From contig JAGIQG010000004.1 of the NCBI GenBank assembly GCA_024679065.1, forward strand, positions 85,808,001-85,872,000: DNA of 64,000 nucleotides, written 5' to 3'. The DNA comes from Sphyrna mokarran (lineage: Eukaryota). A model generated the notes under the pieces. The model searched no databases. It saw only the letters and a list, made by a program, of their open reading frames with translations, and was not told the DNA's origin. A program made the translations under genes and the position numbers. Shown here piece by piece: positions 13,261-26,494 of the stretch (the first letter of the stretch is position 1; each line of letters opens with the position of its first letter).

Positions 13261-13386
13261 GGGTGAGATTTTCCAACTGCGCTTGCTCCAAGGCTGGAAA
13301 ATCTCACCTGAGCTACCAGACCTTTGCATGATCCGTGTCCTGCCAGTTTCAATTCCAATGGCGGGCAGGATGGAAAAATTCCACCC
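13261..13386. mobile_element. ~125-bp Harbinger-like MITE
   Basis: TIRs gggtgagattttcc ... ggaaaaattccaccc; flanks tgt/agt (degenerate 3-bp TSD); interrupts the DeuSINE. Confidence 0.75.
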
Positions 13387-13561
13387 AGTATCATGGAATC
13401 TTTCAGGAACGTAGGACCAGGAATAGGTCATTCAGCCTGTTGAGATTGCTCCACCACTCAATACAATCAGAGCTGAACAGGAAATTCAATGCCTTTTACA
13501 TCCACTATCCATATGAATATTTAGCCGAGAGCCAGAGTTAAGTGTCTCATCCAGAAACAGT

Positions 13562-13689
13562 GGGTGGAATTCTCCGGCTTCACTGGCCTAAAAGTCGGAA
13601 ATTCCTGCCCGAGTGTCAATGGCGTTTCACATTCTCTGCAACCCGCCCGCTAAAATTCCAATGGCAGGCAGGATGGGAGAAATCCGGCC
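13562..13689. mobile_element. ~125-bp Harbinger-like MITE
   Basis: TIRs gggtggaattctcc ... ggagaaatccggcc; flanks agt/agc; internal aattccaatggc(a/g)ggcaggatgg shared with the 13261 copy. Confidence 0.75.
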
Positions 13690-14769
13690 AGCACCTCCAG
13701 CATGACGCAGTTTCTCAGCACTACACTGAATTATCAACCATGATTCTTGTGCTCAAATCCTGGGATGGAACTTAAATCCATAGCCTTATGACTCAGAGCT
13801 AAGAGTGCTACCGACAAAGTCACAGCTGCTCCTAAGAAGAATAAAGACCTTATATGCACTTGATGTTTTTCAAACCATTTCCCAGAATAATTCAATACTT
13901 TCTGCAAAGCGGAGGAGGAAAATAGAAAGAAAAAAAAATCATACACTTGAATCTCACTTACTGGACATCGTACAGTAATTGATTGCTGTCTGTTGAAAAT
14001 AGGCTGATCTTTCTAAGGACAGAAGCAGAATACCATCTATATCCGCTGACATCTGTGATACAGTTGACATTTGTAAAAGAGAAGGCTTGCAGAGATTCAA
14101 TTTTCGATACTGCCCTTTTAAAATCTGTCCCTCAAGGACCAACAAATGGAAGAATATCTTTGCTTAATCTGATATTTATTATTTTAGTAAGATTTGCTCT
14201 GCTATTTCCTTAGCCTCTGCAGGGCCAGCTGTGGGTGGAATGGGAGCTGAAAAACCAAATACTTCGGCAATGTGAGGGCTGAAGGTGTTGAGGGTCACAG
14301 GAAGGACACTATAATAATGATGTTCATCTTCAGAGAACCTGATTCCCAACAGAGATCCCTGAATGAGCTGAAACAGAAGAAATAGAAAATTCTTTGTTAA
14401 AATCTTCTCGAAACCTCAGAGAAGGTCACGTTGCAGAGAAGTGCCTTGTATTATAACAATTCATTTCCAGTTGGTATGAAGTATAAATTGTAGTCATGAG
14501 CCTAACAGCTCAGGAGCTCCCAGTTTCGTGCACCTATTGTAAAAATGGAGAGTGTAGAATTTTAGATCACATTCAATTTGAAATGTTGTGGCGGGGGCAG
14601 CCCAACAAAGTGAATGGAAGAAGATTGGGTTGCTGCAAAATCTGCACTGGCTCACAGGCAAGTGATGGTCTCAGTGGTCAAGGACAAGCATGGTCCAGGA
14701 GAAGAATTATTGACTGAGGTACTAAGTAGCAGCAACTGACATTAGTTATGATGGTGCGGCCTGTACGAG

Positions 14770-15079
14770 TTCCTACAATCCTTACAAGGAGGCCATTTGG
14801 TCCAGCGACTCTGTACTGACTACACCCCACTCAGGCTCTATTCCTAAAACCCCACACATCCACTCTGCTAATCCTCCTGATACTAGGGTCAATATACCAT
14901 GGCCAATTAACCGAACGTGCACATCTTTGAACAGTGGGAGGAAACTGGAGCACATGGAGGAAACCCATGCAAACACAGGGAGAATATGCAACTTCATACA
15001 GGCAGTGATCTGAGGCCAGAATTGAACATGGATCCCTGATGTTGTGAGGCAGCAGTGCTAACAACTGTGCCACAGTGCC
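14770..15079 (-). mobile_element. HE1/V-SINE-like SINE with CR1-type 3' tail
   Basis: Reverse head ggcactgtggcacagttgttagcactgctgcctcaca; core aagttgcatattctccctgtgtttgcatgggtttcctcc; tail ggcctccttgtaaggattgtagg. Confidence 0.88.
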
Positions 15080-15386
15080 AGCCTGGCATTCGATTGGGGC
15101 AACCAGGAGAACTAGCAATCTGTGAGCTAGGGTTTAATGTAATGTCAGAAGGTTTTCTTTTTCTCCTAGTGGAGTGGGCTTAGGTGTGTATGCTTATTAT
15201 CTGTGAGTTCGGGGACTGAGGAGGCTGCATAGCACCTGAAAAATAGATGCTAAATGCCCAGCATCTAGGCTGACATGCTGGGTGAGCTAATGCTTGGAAG
15301 ACAGGATGCCCAATGCCTGTGGGAGATTACCCCAATACCTATGTGATTGAGAGGCGGAGTGGGGGTTTCCCTGATGAACCTGTGTG

Positions 15387-15388
<2 letters not shown>

Positions 15389-15418
<30 letters not shown>
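15389..15418 (+). repeat. Poly-G homopolymer (G30)
   Basis: 30 consecutive G, inside a probable non-autonomous DNA element (~15100-15725). Confidence 0.95.
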
Positions 15419-15419
<1 letters not shown>

Positions 15420-15739
15420 GCGGGTGGTGATGGGTTGCTTGTGGAGGGGGGCAGGGGTTCCCTCATGTCCATGGAGCATTAGGGTTGAATTTGTTTTTAT
15501 CGCAGATAGGAGCCTCTTTTAAAGATGGTCTCTGATTTCTGTGGAGCCAGCATTGCTACTTCTATCAGACTGTGCCCTGCCAGAGTGACAGTAAAAGCAA
15601 CACTTCTTTTTTTTTGCAGAATGCACTAAAATCTGAAGAGAAAACTTATTTGGTCAGCTGGAGAGCTACACATTGTTTTTCTCACCTCAGCCAGCACTCT
15701 GTGCACTGAGGGGAAAGTTCTGCAATATGTGTGAATAGA

Positions 15740-16328
15740 ACAAGGCATTTATTAACAGGGGGTTTGAGTTTAAGAGCTATGGGCTTATCTATACCAGACC
15801 TTGGTGAGACCACATTTGGAATCTTGTGTGCAGTTCTGGTCACCTCAACTATAAAAAGGATGTAGAAGCATTGGAGAGAGGGCAGAGGAGAGTTACAAAC
15901 TGCCTGGTTTGGATGGTAGGTCTTATGAGGAAAGGTTGAGAGAGCTGGAGCTTTTCCCTTTAGAGCAGAGGAGGATGAGAGGCAACTTAACAGAGGCTTA
16001 TAAGATGATGAAGAGGATAGATAAAGTGGATGTGCAGAAACTATTTCCTTGAGTGGATGTAGCTGTTACTGGGGGAATAACTATAAGGTTCATGGTGGGA
16101 GATATAGGAGGGATTACAAGATAGATTCTTCACTCAGAGATTGGTTGGGGTGTGGATTACACTGCCTGCTGTGATAATGGAGTTGGATACTTTAGGAATT
16201 TTCAAGCAGTTATTGGATAGGGACCAGAATGATAGGGAGTATGATAGCTTGATCTTGGGTTTGGACACAGCTCAGCACAACATTGAAGGCCAAAAGGTTG
16301 TGCTGTACTGTTCTACGTTTCTATGTAA
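15740..16328 (+). mobile_element. CR1 LINE 3' fragment
   Basis: YQTLVRPHLESCVQFWSP..KKDVEALERGQRR encoded at 15790-15890; tail tactgttctacgtttctatgt. Confidence 0.9.
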
Positions 16329-16639
16329 CAAAGATATCCAACAGCTTGTGTCCAATCCTATGTCCAGTTATGCACATTTAGGCTACTACTCTGAACCATT
16401 TATCTTCCTTTTCTCTTGCTCCTTTGTGAAGCCTTCTGTCTTCTCTTGAATACTTTACTGCTGTTAATCCCTACCCAAACTTTATTATCAGTTCAACATT
16501 TTGAAGAGTGAAGCCAAGTGTCTTTGACCCCTAGCACAAACACCCTTGCTATTGATTACGCTTCCCAGTCAAAATCTTATGTTGGGACAGATTAATCTGC
16601 AACATTGACATCTTAATTGACCACAAGGAGTGCCTTCTA

Positions 16640-16880
16640 GTACTTGTGTTTTTTAAAGATTGCTTTTTCACCTCCATCACTTTAGCCCTGCCTCATCAAG
16701 TCTGCTGCTGATATTTTTTTCCATTCAATTCTTACATCCAGATTCCAATTATCCCAAATGCTTTGCTGGCTGGTCTCCTATCCTCATGCTTCTAAATCCT
16801 CTGCACATCTAACAAAACCCCATTAACTCATCATTTCTTCCTTGATGACGTACCTGCGCTCACAGACCCTCAGCATTTAA
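16640..16880 (+). mobile_element. L2 LINE fragment
   Basis: tctgctgctgatatt...ccagattccaattatcccaaatgctttgctggctggtctcc resembles the L2 C-terminus (AETLIHAFVTSRLDYSNALLAGLP) and matches 40930-41000. Confidence 0.55.
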
Positions 16881-16896
16881 GGTATGAATTTAGGCT

Positions 16897-17188
16897 TAAA
16901 GTTTATTTATTAGCGTCATCAGTAGGCTTACAACAGCAATGAAGTTACTGTGAAAATCCCTTAATCCCACACTCCGGAGCCTGTTCAGGTATACTGAGAG
17001 AGAATTTAGCATGGCTAATCCACCTAATCAGTGCGTCTTTCAGATTATGGGAGGAGACCAAAGCACTTGGAAGAAACCCACACAGACGTGGGGGAGGAGT
17101 GTAGACTCCGCACAGACAGTGACTCAAGCTGGGAATCAAATCCATGTTTCTGAAGCTGTGAGGCAACAGTAGTAACCACTATGCTACT
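16897..17188 (-). mobile_element. HE1/V-SINE-like SINE with alternative (aataaataaacttta) tail
   Basis: V-SINE core (tctgtgcggagtctacactc...gtgtgggtttc) plus a reverse tail ttcacagtaacttcattgc...aataaataaacttta. Confidence 0.85.
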
Positions 17189-18234
17189 ATAATTTTTATC
17201 GTGTTCTAAAATCCCTTCATGTCCTCATTCCTCCCTATCTTTATAACTACCTCCAAATCCAGAAGCTTCTTCCTTGATGTCATCATTCATTCTATTCTGG
17301 CCATTTGTAGATTCAAAGAGCACTGTGTGTGTCTCTTTCTTTAGATTTTAAACCTATTGAGTGTGAAGGACAGGAGTGTTTAAAATAGTATGTAACCTCT
17401 TAACAAGGGATTCACAATATTTAAGGACAGCACAATAATCTCCCCTTTTCACAGGAATACATCAGGACATGGAGGGAAGAAAAAAGAAATAAGCTTTACT
17501 AAAGGGAAAGAAATGAATTTTCCAACTAACAATATATATGTTGATATATAAGGATCTTTTAATATTCTTTTCCAGCTGAAATAAATGCAAATTCCATTAT
17601 CTACTCACACTCCCAGCATTCAACAAATAAATAGTCAAAAATCTAAACTTTCTTGGGGCACGAACGTAAAATAAATCATGTTTATATTTCTCTTTGGACT
17701 CCCATGTAAAATTAATGGACCGTCAATAACTATAGGGCAGAGTTCCCTGACCTCTGCACTCTCATTTCCAATTTGTATTCCTAGTATGCAAAGGTTCGGA
17801 TTAGCAAAACCTCTACTATATTTTCTGTCCAATGCAAGGAGTACCTTGTATAACTAGTTTAAGTTACAAAGTCTGTCTTTTTTTTTGAAGTTTTTGACTA
17901 GATTTTGCTAGTTTTCTCAGTCATTCTGTATAAGTAAGAAAAAAAGTCTGCAGAACATTTTCACCATAAGTGAGAGGCATCTGTAGCACAAGTTACTAGG
18001 GACAGCACAATAAATTGGATGCATTAAGGTGGGAATGCTGCAACAGGTTTGTGTTATTAAAAGGATGAACTTATTGTAAAAAAAGATGCTCGATTGTTCT
18101 ACATGGTCTTATTTTCTTAATTGTACATATAATTTTGATTCAAGTATTTTATCTATCTTTATAAAGGAACATATTATAGTCACAATAAAGGGAATGATCA
18201 ATTATTTGTGTGCCTCACAGCCCGTGTCTCTCAG

Positions 18235-18380
18235 CACTGTGGTCGTGTCTAGACCTCAGGCACTGCAGCAGTTCAAGAAGGCAAATCACTATTACTTTTT
18301 TAAAGGTAACTAGAGATGGTTAATAAATGCGGTCCTAACCAACAATGCCCACATCCCATGCGTGGTTATTAAAAAAAAAT
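18235..18380 (+). mobile_element. 3' end of a second CR1-like LINE family
   Basis: ctgcagcagttcaagaaggc...aataaatgcggtcctaaccaacaatgcccacatccc has the same 3' end as the element at 33715-34380. Confidence 0.65.
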
Positions 18381-18559
18381 GTATGCAACTTCACTTTTAA
18401 TGTGTACGGAAGCCCATCAGAGTTCTAATCATTGGTAACATTAATGTTTTTAGATTTTAATGTGGAACAGGCCCATGGCTGACAGATTTGTAACTGACTG
18501 GAATCCCAGGTTAAATGCATAGCTCACCCCATAAAGAATAACACTGGAGCAGATACACT

Positions 18560-18790
18560 TCACTCAGAAAGAGAGAATGAGTGAGTGATACTCAGAATCA
18601 AATAGAGAGGCGGTAGAAAGATAGACATCGGGGTATATTGAATTAAAGACAGATAGTGATGAATAGAAAAACATATATTTAGATCAGAGAACTATATTGA
18701 ATAGACAAATGTACAGTTGAATAGATATATAGATGAAATAGGTCACGACAGATCAATATGGATAGAAAGATCAATAAAGACACAGAGGAA
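18560..18790 (+). repeat. Degenerate ATAG/AGAT-rich simple repeat
   Basis: Repeated atag/agat/aatag words in a purine-rich tract. Confidence 0.5.
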
Positions 18791-18824
18791 ATAATGGATC
18801 ACCAAGATGAAACAAATCACAGCA

Positions 18825-19405
18825 GGAGTGATTTTAACTAGAAATGAATGTTAAGTGAGCAGAGGGAAAACTGAGTGCCTAAATCCCCAACAACATCAAT
18901 CTGAAGCATGAGATATTTTAACACCTAGACAACTGGCCACCTGAAACAGGCAGAAAAAGACAGCTGTGCAATGGTTGGCTGATTAAAATCATACAGTCCC
19001 AAAGCTGCCCACAGCTGGAAAGTCAATGACAAGGAGGGAGCTTTCCGCAGTGGGGAGGTGAGTATGTGTTTGAGGCAGCAACTGATAAAAGCTCCCCCTG
19101 ACCTATCAAAGGAAAGTTTAACATTTACCTCTTTTGGCTCCTTCAGCCTTCAGAGCAGCTTTCACTGAATGGGACTGGCACCCCACATACGCCAAAGGGA
19201 AAATTGGCATCTGATTGACAATGGAACTCCAATTTGTATAAATGCATGATGCATCTGCCTGATTTAAGTGGGCACCTCATCTGCTGCCAAAAGCAGTGGC
19301 ATTAAATTCCCCAAGGAGCGAGAACAGAGCGAGTAATTGCTCTGCTATTTTTTTAAACTATGTCTCTAGCCATGATTCGAGCAGTTACGGGAATTTAAAA
19401 TTCTC
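18825..19405. mobile_element. Probable non-autonomous DNA transposon
   Basis: Imperfect terminal inverted repeats ggagtgattttaac ... tttaaaattctc; no coding motifs. Confidence 0.35.
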
Positions 19406-20417
19406 ATCAGACAGGCACAGAGATTTTTATATTTCGGGGATCTTGGTTGGGTCAGTTTTCATTATAACCAGTTTGATCCATGCAATGATGTTGCGGCGTG
19501 CATATTCCATCTGATAATTTTGGAGATATAACTCCAGATAGAATTTGTTGCTGATCTGACTAATTGCCATGTTCTTTAAATTTGTTTACTCAGTGGAATG
19601 AAGAGGAAGCGTGGGTCGTACAGGTAACATATCTGACTGCTGGCAATCCATGCTGAGAGTTACTATGTGGTTTATATGGTTTCCGTATTGACAACCACAC
19701 AGCTGTCAAGCACTTTATCTACACACATCAGCTGTGCAATCAATTAGAAACAGCTGAAAAGGGAATTCTTTATCTAAACAATTTTCGTTTTGGGACAGTA
19801 AACTTGCAGTTAACAGGAACTAACTATATTTACATGTTACATGCAGCACATAAATGCATTCAGGCGACATCTGTGAGTCCAAAACATTTCTTTGTACTTG
19901 AAAGATAAATCAAGAAGAAGTTCTGAATATCTTATTAGTAAGGGGATTAAAGACATACATCCTGCATTATTGACGGAAGTCAGACAGAAAATAGCAGAGG
20001 CTGCAATCACAACCTTTCACATATTTAGGATAACCTGGATTATGTCCTTTACCAATTTCTTCTCCTTCGAAAATAATTGATCCTAAACCTCCCTTCAATG
20101 ATTCAATGAATAAAATGACAAAAAAATCAAAATTGCATCCTTACAACGTCAGCATATCTCCTCAGAATGGGCTAAAATGCAATTCAATTCATTTATTCAT
20201 TCAAGTGCAGTTATTTTAATTATCTAGTCAAATGTGGCAGTCAATATTCTTTTACTTCTTGTTTCATGGTATTGGGGAACTGCCTGCGACCAGCATTTGT
20301 TGCCCATCCCCAACTATTATTAAACTAAGTGGTCTGCAAGATCCTTTCAGTGGACAGTTACGAGTCAACCATAATGTTGTGGCTCTAGAGTCACATGTAA
20401 ACCAGACAGAATAAAGA

Positions 20418-22040
20418 TAGAATCATAGAATCATACCCTTCGGCCCATCAAATCCATGTCAACATGTTAGAAACACCTGAACTCCCACCTAATCCCATCT
20501 GCTGGCACTTGGTCCATAGCTCTGAATGTTATGAAGTGCTAAGTACTCATCCAGGCACTTTTTAAAGGATGTCAGGCAACCTGCCTCCACCACCTTTTTA
20601 GGCAGCGCATTCTAGACTGTCACCACCCTCTGGGTAAAAATGTTTTTCCTTACAACCCCCCCAACCATCTGCCTCTCAACTTGAACTTATGTCACCTCAT
20701 AACTGACCCTTCAACTAAGGGGGGCAGCTGCTTCTTATCCAGTCTGTCCATGTCTCTCATAATCTTGAATATCTCAATTAGGTCACCCTTCAGTCTTCTT
20801 TGCTCCAACAAAAGCTACCCAAGTCTATCCAATTTTTCTTCATAACTTAAATGCTCCATCCCAGGCAGCATTTTGGTAAATCTCCTTTGCATCACTTCCA
20901 GTGCAATAACATCTTTTCAATAATGTGGTGCCCAGAACTGCACACAATACTCTAGCTGTGGCCTCACCAAAGTTCCATACAACTCCAAAATGACTTCCCT
21001 GCTTTTGTAATCTATGTCATGATTGATAAAGGCAAGCATCCCATATGCCTTTTTCACCACCCTACTCACATACCCTTCCAGACATCTGTGGACAAATATG
21101 CCAAAGTCCCTCTCTTCCACCAAATTTCTTGGATGGCAAGGTGGCACAGTGGTTAGCACTGCTACCTCACATTGCTAGGAACCTGGGTTCAATTCCTGGC
21201 TTGGGTCACTTTTTGTATGGAGTTTGCATGTTCTTCCTGATATTTTGTGAGTTTCCTCTAGGTGCTCTGGTTTCCTCCCACCGTCAGTAGAATGTGGCAA
21301 ATAGGGGAGTTTCATTTAAACTTCATTGCAATGTTAATGTGAGCCTTACTTATGGCTAACAAATAAGCTTCAACTTTTTCCTAGTGTCCTACCATTCATT
21401 GAGTACTTGTCAAATTATTCCTTCTAAGACGTGTCACCTCATACTTTTCAAGGTTAAATTCCATTTGCCACTCATCTGCCCATTTCACCATTGCATCTAT
21501 ATCTTCCTGTAGCCCAAGACGCTCAGCTTCACTGTTAACCACCTGTCTAATCTTTGTGTCATCCACAAACAAACTAATCCTACCTCCCACATAATTATCA
21601 ATGTCATTTATATAAATGATGAATAATGGGGGACCAACACAGATCCCTGTGTATATCATTGGATTCTGGCTTCTAGTCACTAAAGCAAACTTTGTCATCT
21701 CCCTTTGTCTCCTAAAACTGAGCCAATTTTAAACCGTTATCAAATTATCCTGTATCCCATATCAGTTTACCTTCTTTACAAAGTCTCCCAGTTGGAACTT
21801 TGTCAAAGGCTTTGCTCAAATCCATACAAACTGCATTGACTGCACTACCCTCATCTACACACCTGGTCACCTCCTCAAAAAACTCAACCAAATTTGTTAG
21901 GCATGACCTCTCTCTGACAAAGCCATGTTGACTTTCCCTGATCTAGAGATAGATGCTTCAGAAGTTTCTCTAATGGCTTCCCTACCACTGATATGAGACT
22001 TACTAGTCTGTAGTTCCCTGGTTTATCTCTACAACCCTTC
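20418..22040 (-). mobile_element. CR1 LINE 3' half with nested SINE
   Basis: KGCRDKPGNYRLVSLISVVGK (21884-22117), GPPLFIIYINDID..FVDDTK..WADEWQMEFN (21396-21698), VVKKAYGMLAFI..LVRPQLEYCVQFW (20917-21159); reverse tail atagaatcatagaatcata. Confidence 0.93.
21131..21375 (+). mobile_element. HE1/V-SINE-like SINE inserted in CR1
   Basis: ggcaaggtggcacagtggttagcactgctacctcac head, B-box-like gggttcaattcc, V-domain, alternative tail ...ttacttatggctaacaaataagcttc. Confidence 0.9.
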
Positions 22041-23039
22041 TTAAATGATATGAGAAGATAGTGGATTTCCTTTTTTAAAGCAGAATAAGGAATCAGATAG
22101 GCTTTTGTAACAATCAATAATTGTTGTGTCCTTAGGTCTCAGGCTAGCTTCGTATTCCAGTTTTATTAATTGAATTTCAAATTTCACTAGCTGCTGTGGT
22201 GGGACTTGAACCTGTGTCATCAGAACATTTGGCTGCACCACTAGTCCATGACATTACCCCCAAGCCATCGTCTCACTTTGTTGAGCAAAGCAGGAACCAA
22301 TAAACAGGTGACAGGCAATCAGTTTTTGGTGATGGCTGGTAATGGAAGTAGGTTAGTCAGCACAATAGATAAATTATACCTCAAATAAAGGCATGGATCT
22401 TCTATGTCCAGCTGATTCTTATCAAAGTAATAAATTACATCCTATGTGATTGTGACAAGGCATAGAATTTTGTACCAGGACTTGCCGAGCAGTGTTTCCC
22501 TCTGCGGAGGCAGCTTGGAATTTGCACTATATTGCATGAGCCTAGCCTTGTTAAGTATGCAATGGGGGGTTTTACAATGTTTTGCTGGATGACTCACAAC
22601 TTGTCATCATATCCAGATGCTAGTTTTAAAACCTGTTTGATATGATTGATTACAGATGAAGAAAGAAGCTGGATCTCCACGAAAATTTGAGACTGGAAGA
22701 TGGACCTCCTGAACTTGGAAGATCCACCTGATAGATGCTCCTCTCATCTCTGCTGCATGTTTCAGGGTCACTGGTTGCTGGAGGCCTATGTCCCAAACTC
22801 CAGAGGCAGCCCCAGATCTTCTTCATGTAAAAGCATGTCATGTTGTCCAGACATATTCGAGATCAACTGGATCCATATGATTTCCTGATTGTGGCCTAGA
22901 TTCTATATGAATTTTTATCTACATCCTGTTAGTGGAATGTAAATTGGTTTCAAGCCGGCCACTGGTATGAATTGTGACTCGCCATGGCAGCCAATAGCAG
23001 AAGATCTCCCTGTTATTTTACATCAGCATGAAACCAATT

Positions 23040-23290
23040 ATTAGAGTTTCCACTGCTCTAATCTGCCTTCATCCTTATTTATCTAATTGCAGCCAGACTA
23101 TCACACCTTTTCCTGCTCTCACGTGGCTACCTCTGCTGTTCCCCCATGGATCCCCCTGGTTGTCCTCATTTATATGCTATCCTTTGGCATCATAATTTGA
23201 AAACGCAGTATTAGTTTTCACAAGTAGGCTGAAAACACTAAGCTCTACCTCACCATGACTTCTTTTGGCTTCTCCACTGTTGCTAAGTTA
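23040..23290 (+). mobile_element. L2 LINE RT fragment
   Basis: Degenerate LIYMLSFGII..SFHK*AENTKLYL, matching L2 IYMLPLG..SFHMYADDTQLYL. Confidence 0.6.
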
Positions 23291-23560
23291 ACCATAGACT
23301 TGATCGATAGCCAGTGTTTATTTATTTGCTTGTTTATTTATTCATCCATGGCATGTAGTGTCATTGATTTGGCCAGAATTTGTTGTCCAATCCTAATTGC
23401 CCTTGAGAAGGTAATGGTGAGATGCCCCACGCACTTTTGCTTCAGTGCTGTTACAGAAGGTGTTCCAAAAGGAATGGCGATACACTTCCAAATGAAAATG
23501 ATGGTGTGTGGCTTAACACCTCTTCTCACAAAGCCCTGATCTCCTCCATCAAAGCCTTCC

Positions 23561-24412
23561 AAGGATGGATGTTATAGTTTGCAGAGGGACATAAATAAGT
23601 TGCAGAGCCGGGCTGAGAAGTGGCAAATGGAGTTTAATGTGGAAAAGTGTGAGGTGATTCACTTTGGTAAGAGTAATATGTGTGCAGAACATAGGGCTAA
23701 TGGTAGGACTCTTAGTAGAGAGATCTCGGTGTACAGATGCATAAATCTCTGAAAGTTGGTACTCAAGTTGATAAGGTTGTTAAGAAGGCGTATAGTGTGT
23801 TAGCTTTTATTGGTAGAGGGATTGAATTTCGGAGCCAAGATGATATGTTGCAACTGTACAAAACTCTGGTGCGGCCGCACTTGGAGTATTGTGTACAGTT
23901 TTGATCGCCACATTGTAAGAAAGATGTGGACGCATTGGAAAGGGTGCAGAGGAGGTTTACCAGGATGTTGCCTGGTACGATGAGTAGGTCTTATGAGGAA
24001 AGGCTAAGGGACTTGAAGTTATTTTCATTAGAGAGAAGAAGGCTAAGAGGTGACTTATTTGAGACATATAAGATGATCAGAGGGTTAGATAGGATGGATA
24101 GTGAGAGCCTTTTTCCTTGGATGGAGATGGATAACACAAGGGGACATAGCTTTAAATTAAGGGGTGGTAGTTATAGGACAGATGCTAGAGGTGGGTTCTT
24201 TACTCAGAGGGTAGTAAGGGCGTGGAATGCCCTGCCTGCAGCAGTTGTGGACTCGTCAAGTTTAAGGGTGTTCAAATGGGCAGTGGATAGGCATATGGAT
24301 AGCATTGGAATAGTTTAGGATAGAGGGTCATAAAATTGGTTACATTGGTTGGCGCAACATCGAGGGCCGAAGGGCCTGTACTGTGCTGTGATGTCCTATG
24401 TTCTATGTTCTA
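23561..24412 (+). mobile_element. CR1 LINE 3' fragment, same subfamily as 12424-12989
   Basis: LQRDINKLQS.AEKWQMEFNVEKCEV, LERVQRRFTRMLPG, FFTQRVVRAWNALP; (tgttcta)n tail. Confidence 0.95.
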
Positions 24413-26494
24413 AACCCCAAATCCCCTGAATTCCTCCGAACATTTGCCCTACCCCCAATTCCCGTACCACCCCCCCCTCATCCCCACCCCCCCTCAAATT
24501 AACCTCATCACATTCACTGGCCTGTCAGCTCCACTGGGCTCTCTGTCTGCTTTACAGCAGCCAGTGTGGTAAAAAAGGGGCAGGGGTGTCTCTGAGTTCA
24601 CTGTTGTTGCACTGCACTGTGGTCTGTGAGTACATTTTCGCTGCAGCTCCAGCTCAGCGCAGCTTTCAGCAAAGGTTTATGGAGCAGGTTGGTTCACTTT
24701 AAATTTATCATATTCCAGCGCACCGTGATGTTATGCTGCTGGCTGGAAGTTATGGCCTAATATTTCTTTAAGCTCCTGTTTTTTGTTATAATTTTATTAG
24801 GAGAATGTTCAGGCTTCAGCCTCCAATTGGCCATAGAGGAACCCTTAACATAACTGGGTCCCAGTCTGGCTTCCAGGCATTTCAACAGGCTCCTGTCATG
24901 ATTACAACAGGAATATCCATAGTTTTATGAGGCCTTTGGGTTCAAGTTTTGAATCTCAACTGCTGACTCAGACTGTGAATATCACCAATTAAGTGATGCT
25001 GATTCAAGAGAAGAATGTCCAGTGATGCACTGGTTATGGAAACATCATTAAAACAGTGAAATATCAACAATGAGCAAATAATAACTGTTAGATGACTGAC
25101 TCTAATTTTCTGTTTAAGCAAGATGCACGAAAAGCCTACTCAGATATGGAAGTAGAATTTATGTGTTGGACAGGTTTGGGCAATTTAAGGAATTGACAAG
25201 TTTTCTTTCATACAAAGTAAACATTTGACAATTCAATAGATGTTTGCACAGCATTGTCAATGTAAATTTTTCACTTTTAATCAATGGACATAGTCCTGAA
25301 ACGTGAGGGTGTGTATCTTTTCGGATAATTCTTGTATCTGAATATCATAAGGCAGTTTCTGCAGGCTGTCTTTCTAATAAATGTTCCATTCAAAATGAAT
25401 AACGTAACATATGGTTATGAATGCTGTCGACAGACAAAACAGTTGTTGCTATAGCAGGCGATCCTTCTTACAAATCAACTTTGCAATATGCAATATAAAG
25501 TAGAGAGGTGTGAAGGGGTGACAGTTACCAATATCAGCTTGACACTGTACCACAGCCATCTGTCTCAATACTACAAATCATTGCTGCTTCAAAATGATGG
25601 CTAGAAATTGCAAGTTTCAAGAATTCAGTGTGCTCTTTTGTTAAACATAATACTGAGATCAGCCAAAATTATTCCTTTTTTTAATTTATTTTGGTGAATT
25701 ATGTGCTTGCTGAGATGAGGGATGCATTGTTGGTGAAATGGAGCATTGCTGCATTTCAAATACCGAATGTTAAGTCCTCAGCTTGGATACACTATGGTTA
25801 AATCCATATTAGAGCTCCTTCCAAAAGGCCCTATCAAATGCTCATAAATGAGCTACAGTATGGATAGAATCTCTCTGTACCCTGCCCAATGATATTCCTT
25901 AAAGCCAACCTCAGAAGAACACCTAACCTAACCCGCAATCTTCAATTCCAACATGTACTATTCTGTGATCTCTAGGAAATCAAACTGCAGTTCAATGACA
26001 AACCAGGGGAACTTTGTACTGTGAGGCTGTGCCATCAGGAATTGGATTAAGACAGCTCAAACCAGATTGGGATTCATGACACATGACTCTACATCATACT
26101 GTGGGTGGATCTGCTCTCGTTAACTCTTGCCTTACCAGGCAGCTTTACATTACATTGCAGGCACTCATAACAGGGTACTTGGATTATTTATATTTTAAAT
26201 AGTAAGAATGGACGGCAGGGCTGGGAGAAGGTCCCTGTGTCGAGCATTGTTATAGGGCAGAATTTTACATTATCTCACTGACTGGTTTATAGGTGAGGGA
26301 TGGCCATAAACCTCTTCAGATGGCCTCCCTATTGATTGAGTTTTGACATCGTCAGAGGCATTTGGGATATCATCAGAGGCATCCATCTTGGACTGTAAGC
26401 AAGCCACACCTATCTACTAAAGTTCTACTCACTGGTTAAGTAACCCACCATGTGATAACCTTTTCATTCTTTTATCCTTGCTGTTAAAAGCCCC

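Larger units (their letters stand above)
13040..13815 (-). mobile_element. DeuSINE (SacSINE1-like), split by two MITEs and a CR1 tail
   Basis: tRNA-like head in reverse (ggtagcactcttagctctgagtcataagg, ~13815-13750), Deu-domain-like core (13150-13255) and a ...ctatataaatgtaagtctttct tail (13040-13070). Confidence 0.75.

Noticed and set aside
15287-15522. Poly-Pro / poly-Gly ORFs
   Set aside because: Translation artefacts of the G30 run.
21131-21205. tRNA gene (A/B boxes)
   Set aside because: It is a tRNA-derived SINE head continuing into a V-domain; the same applies to the other SINE heads.
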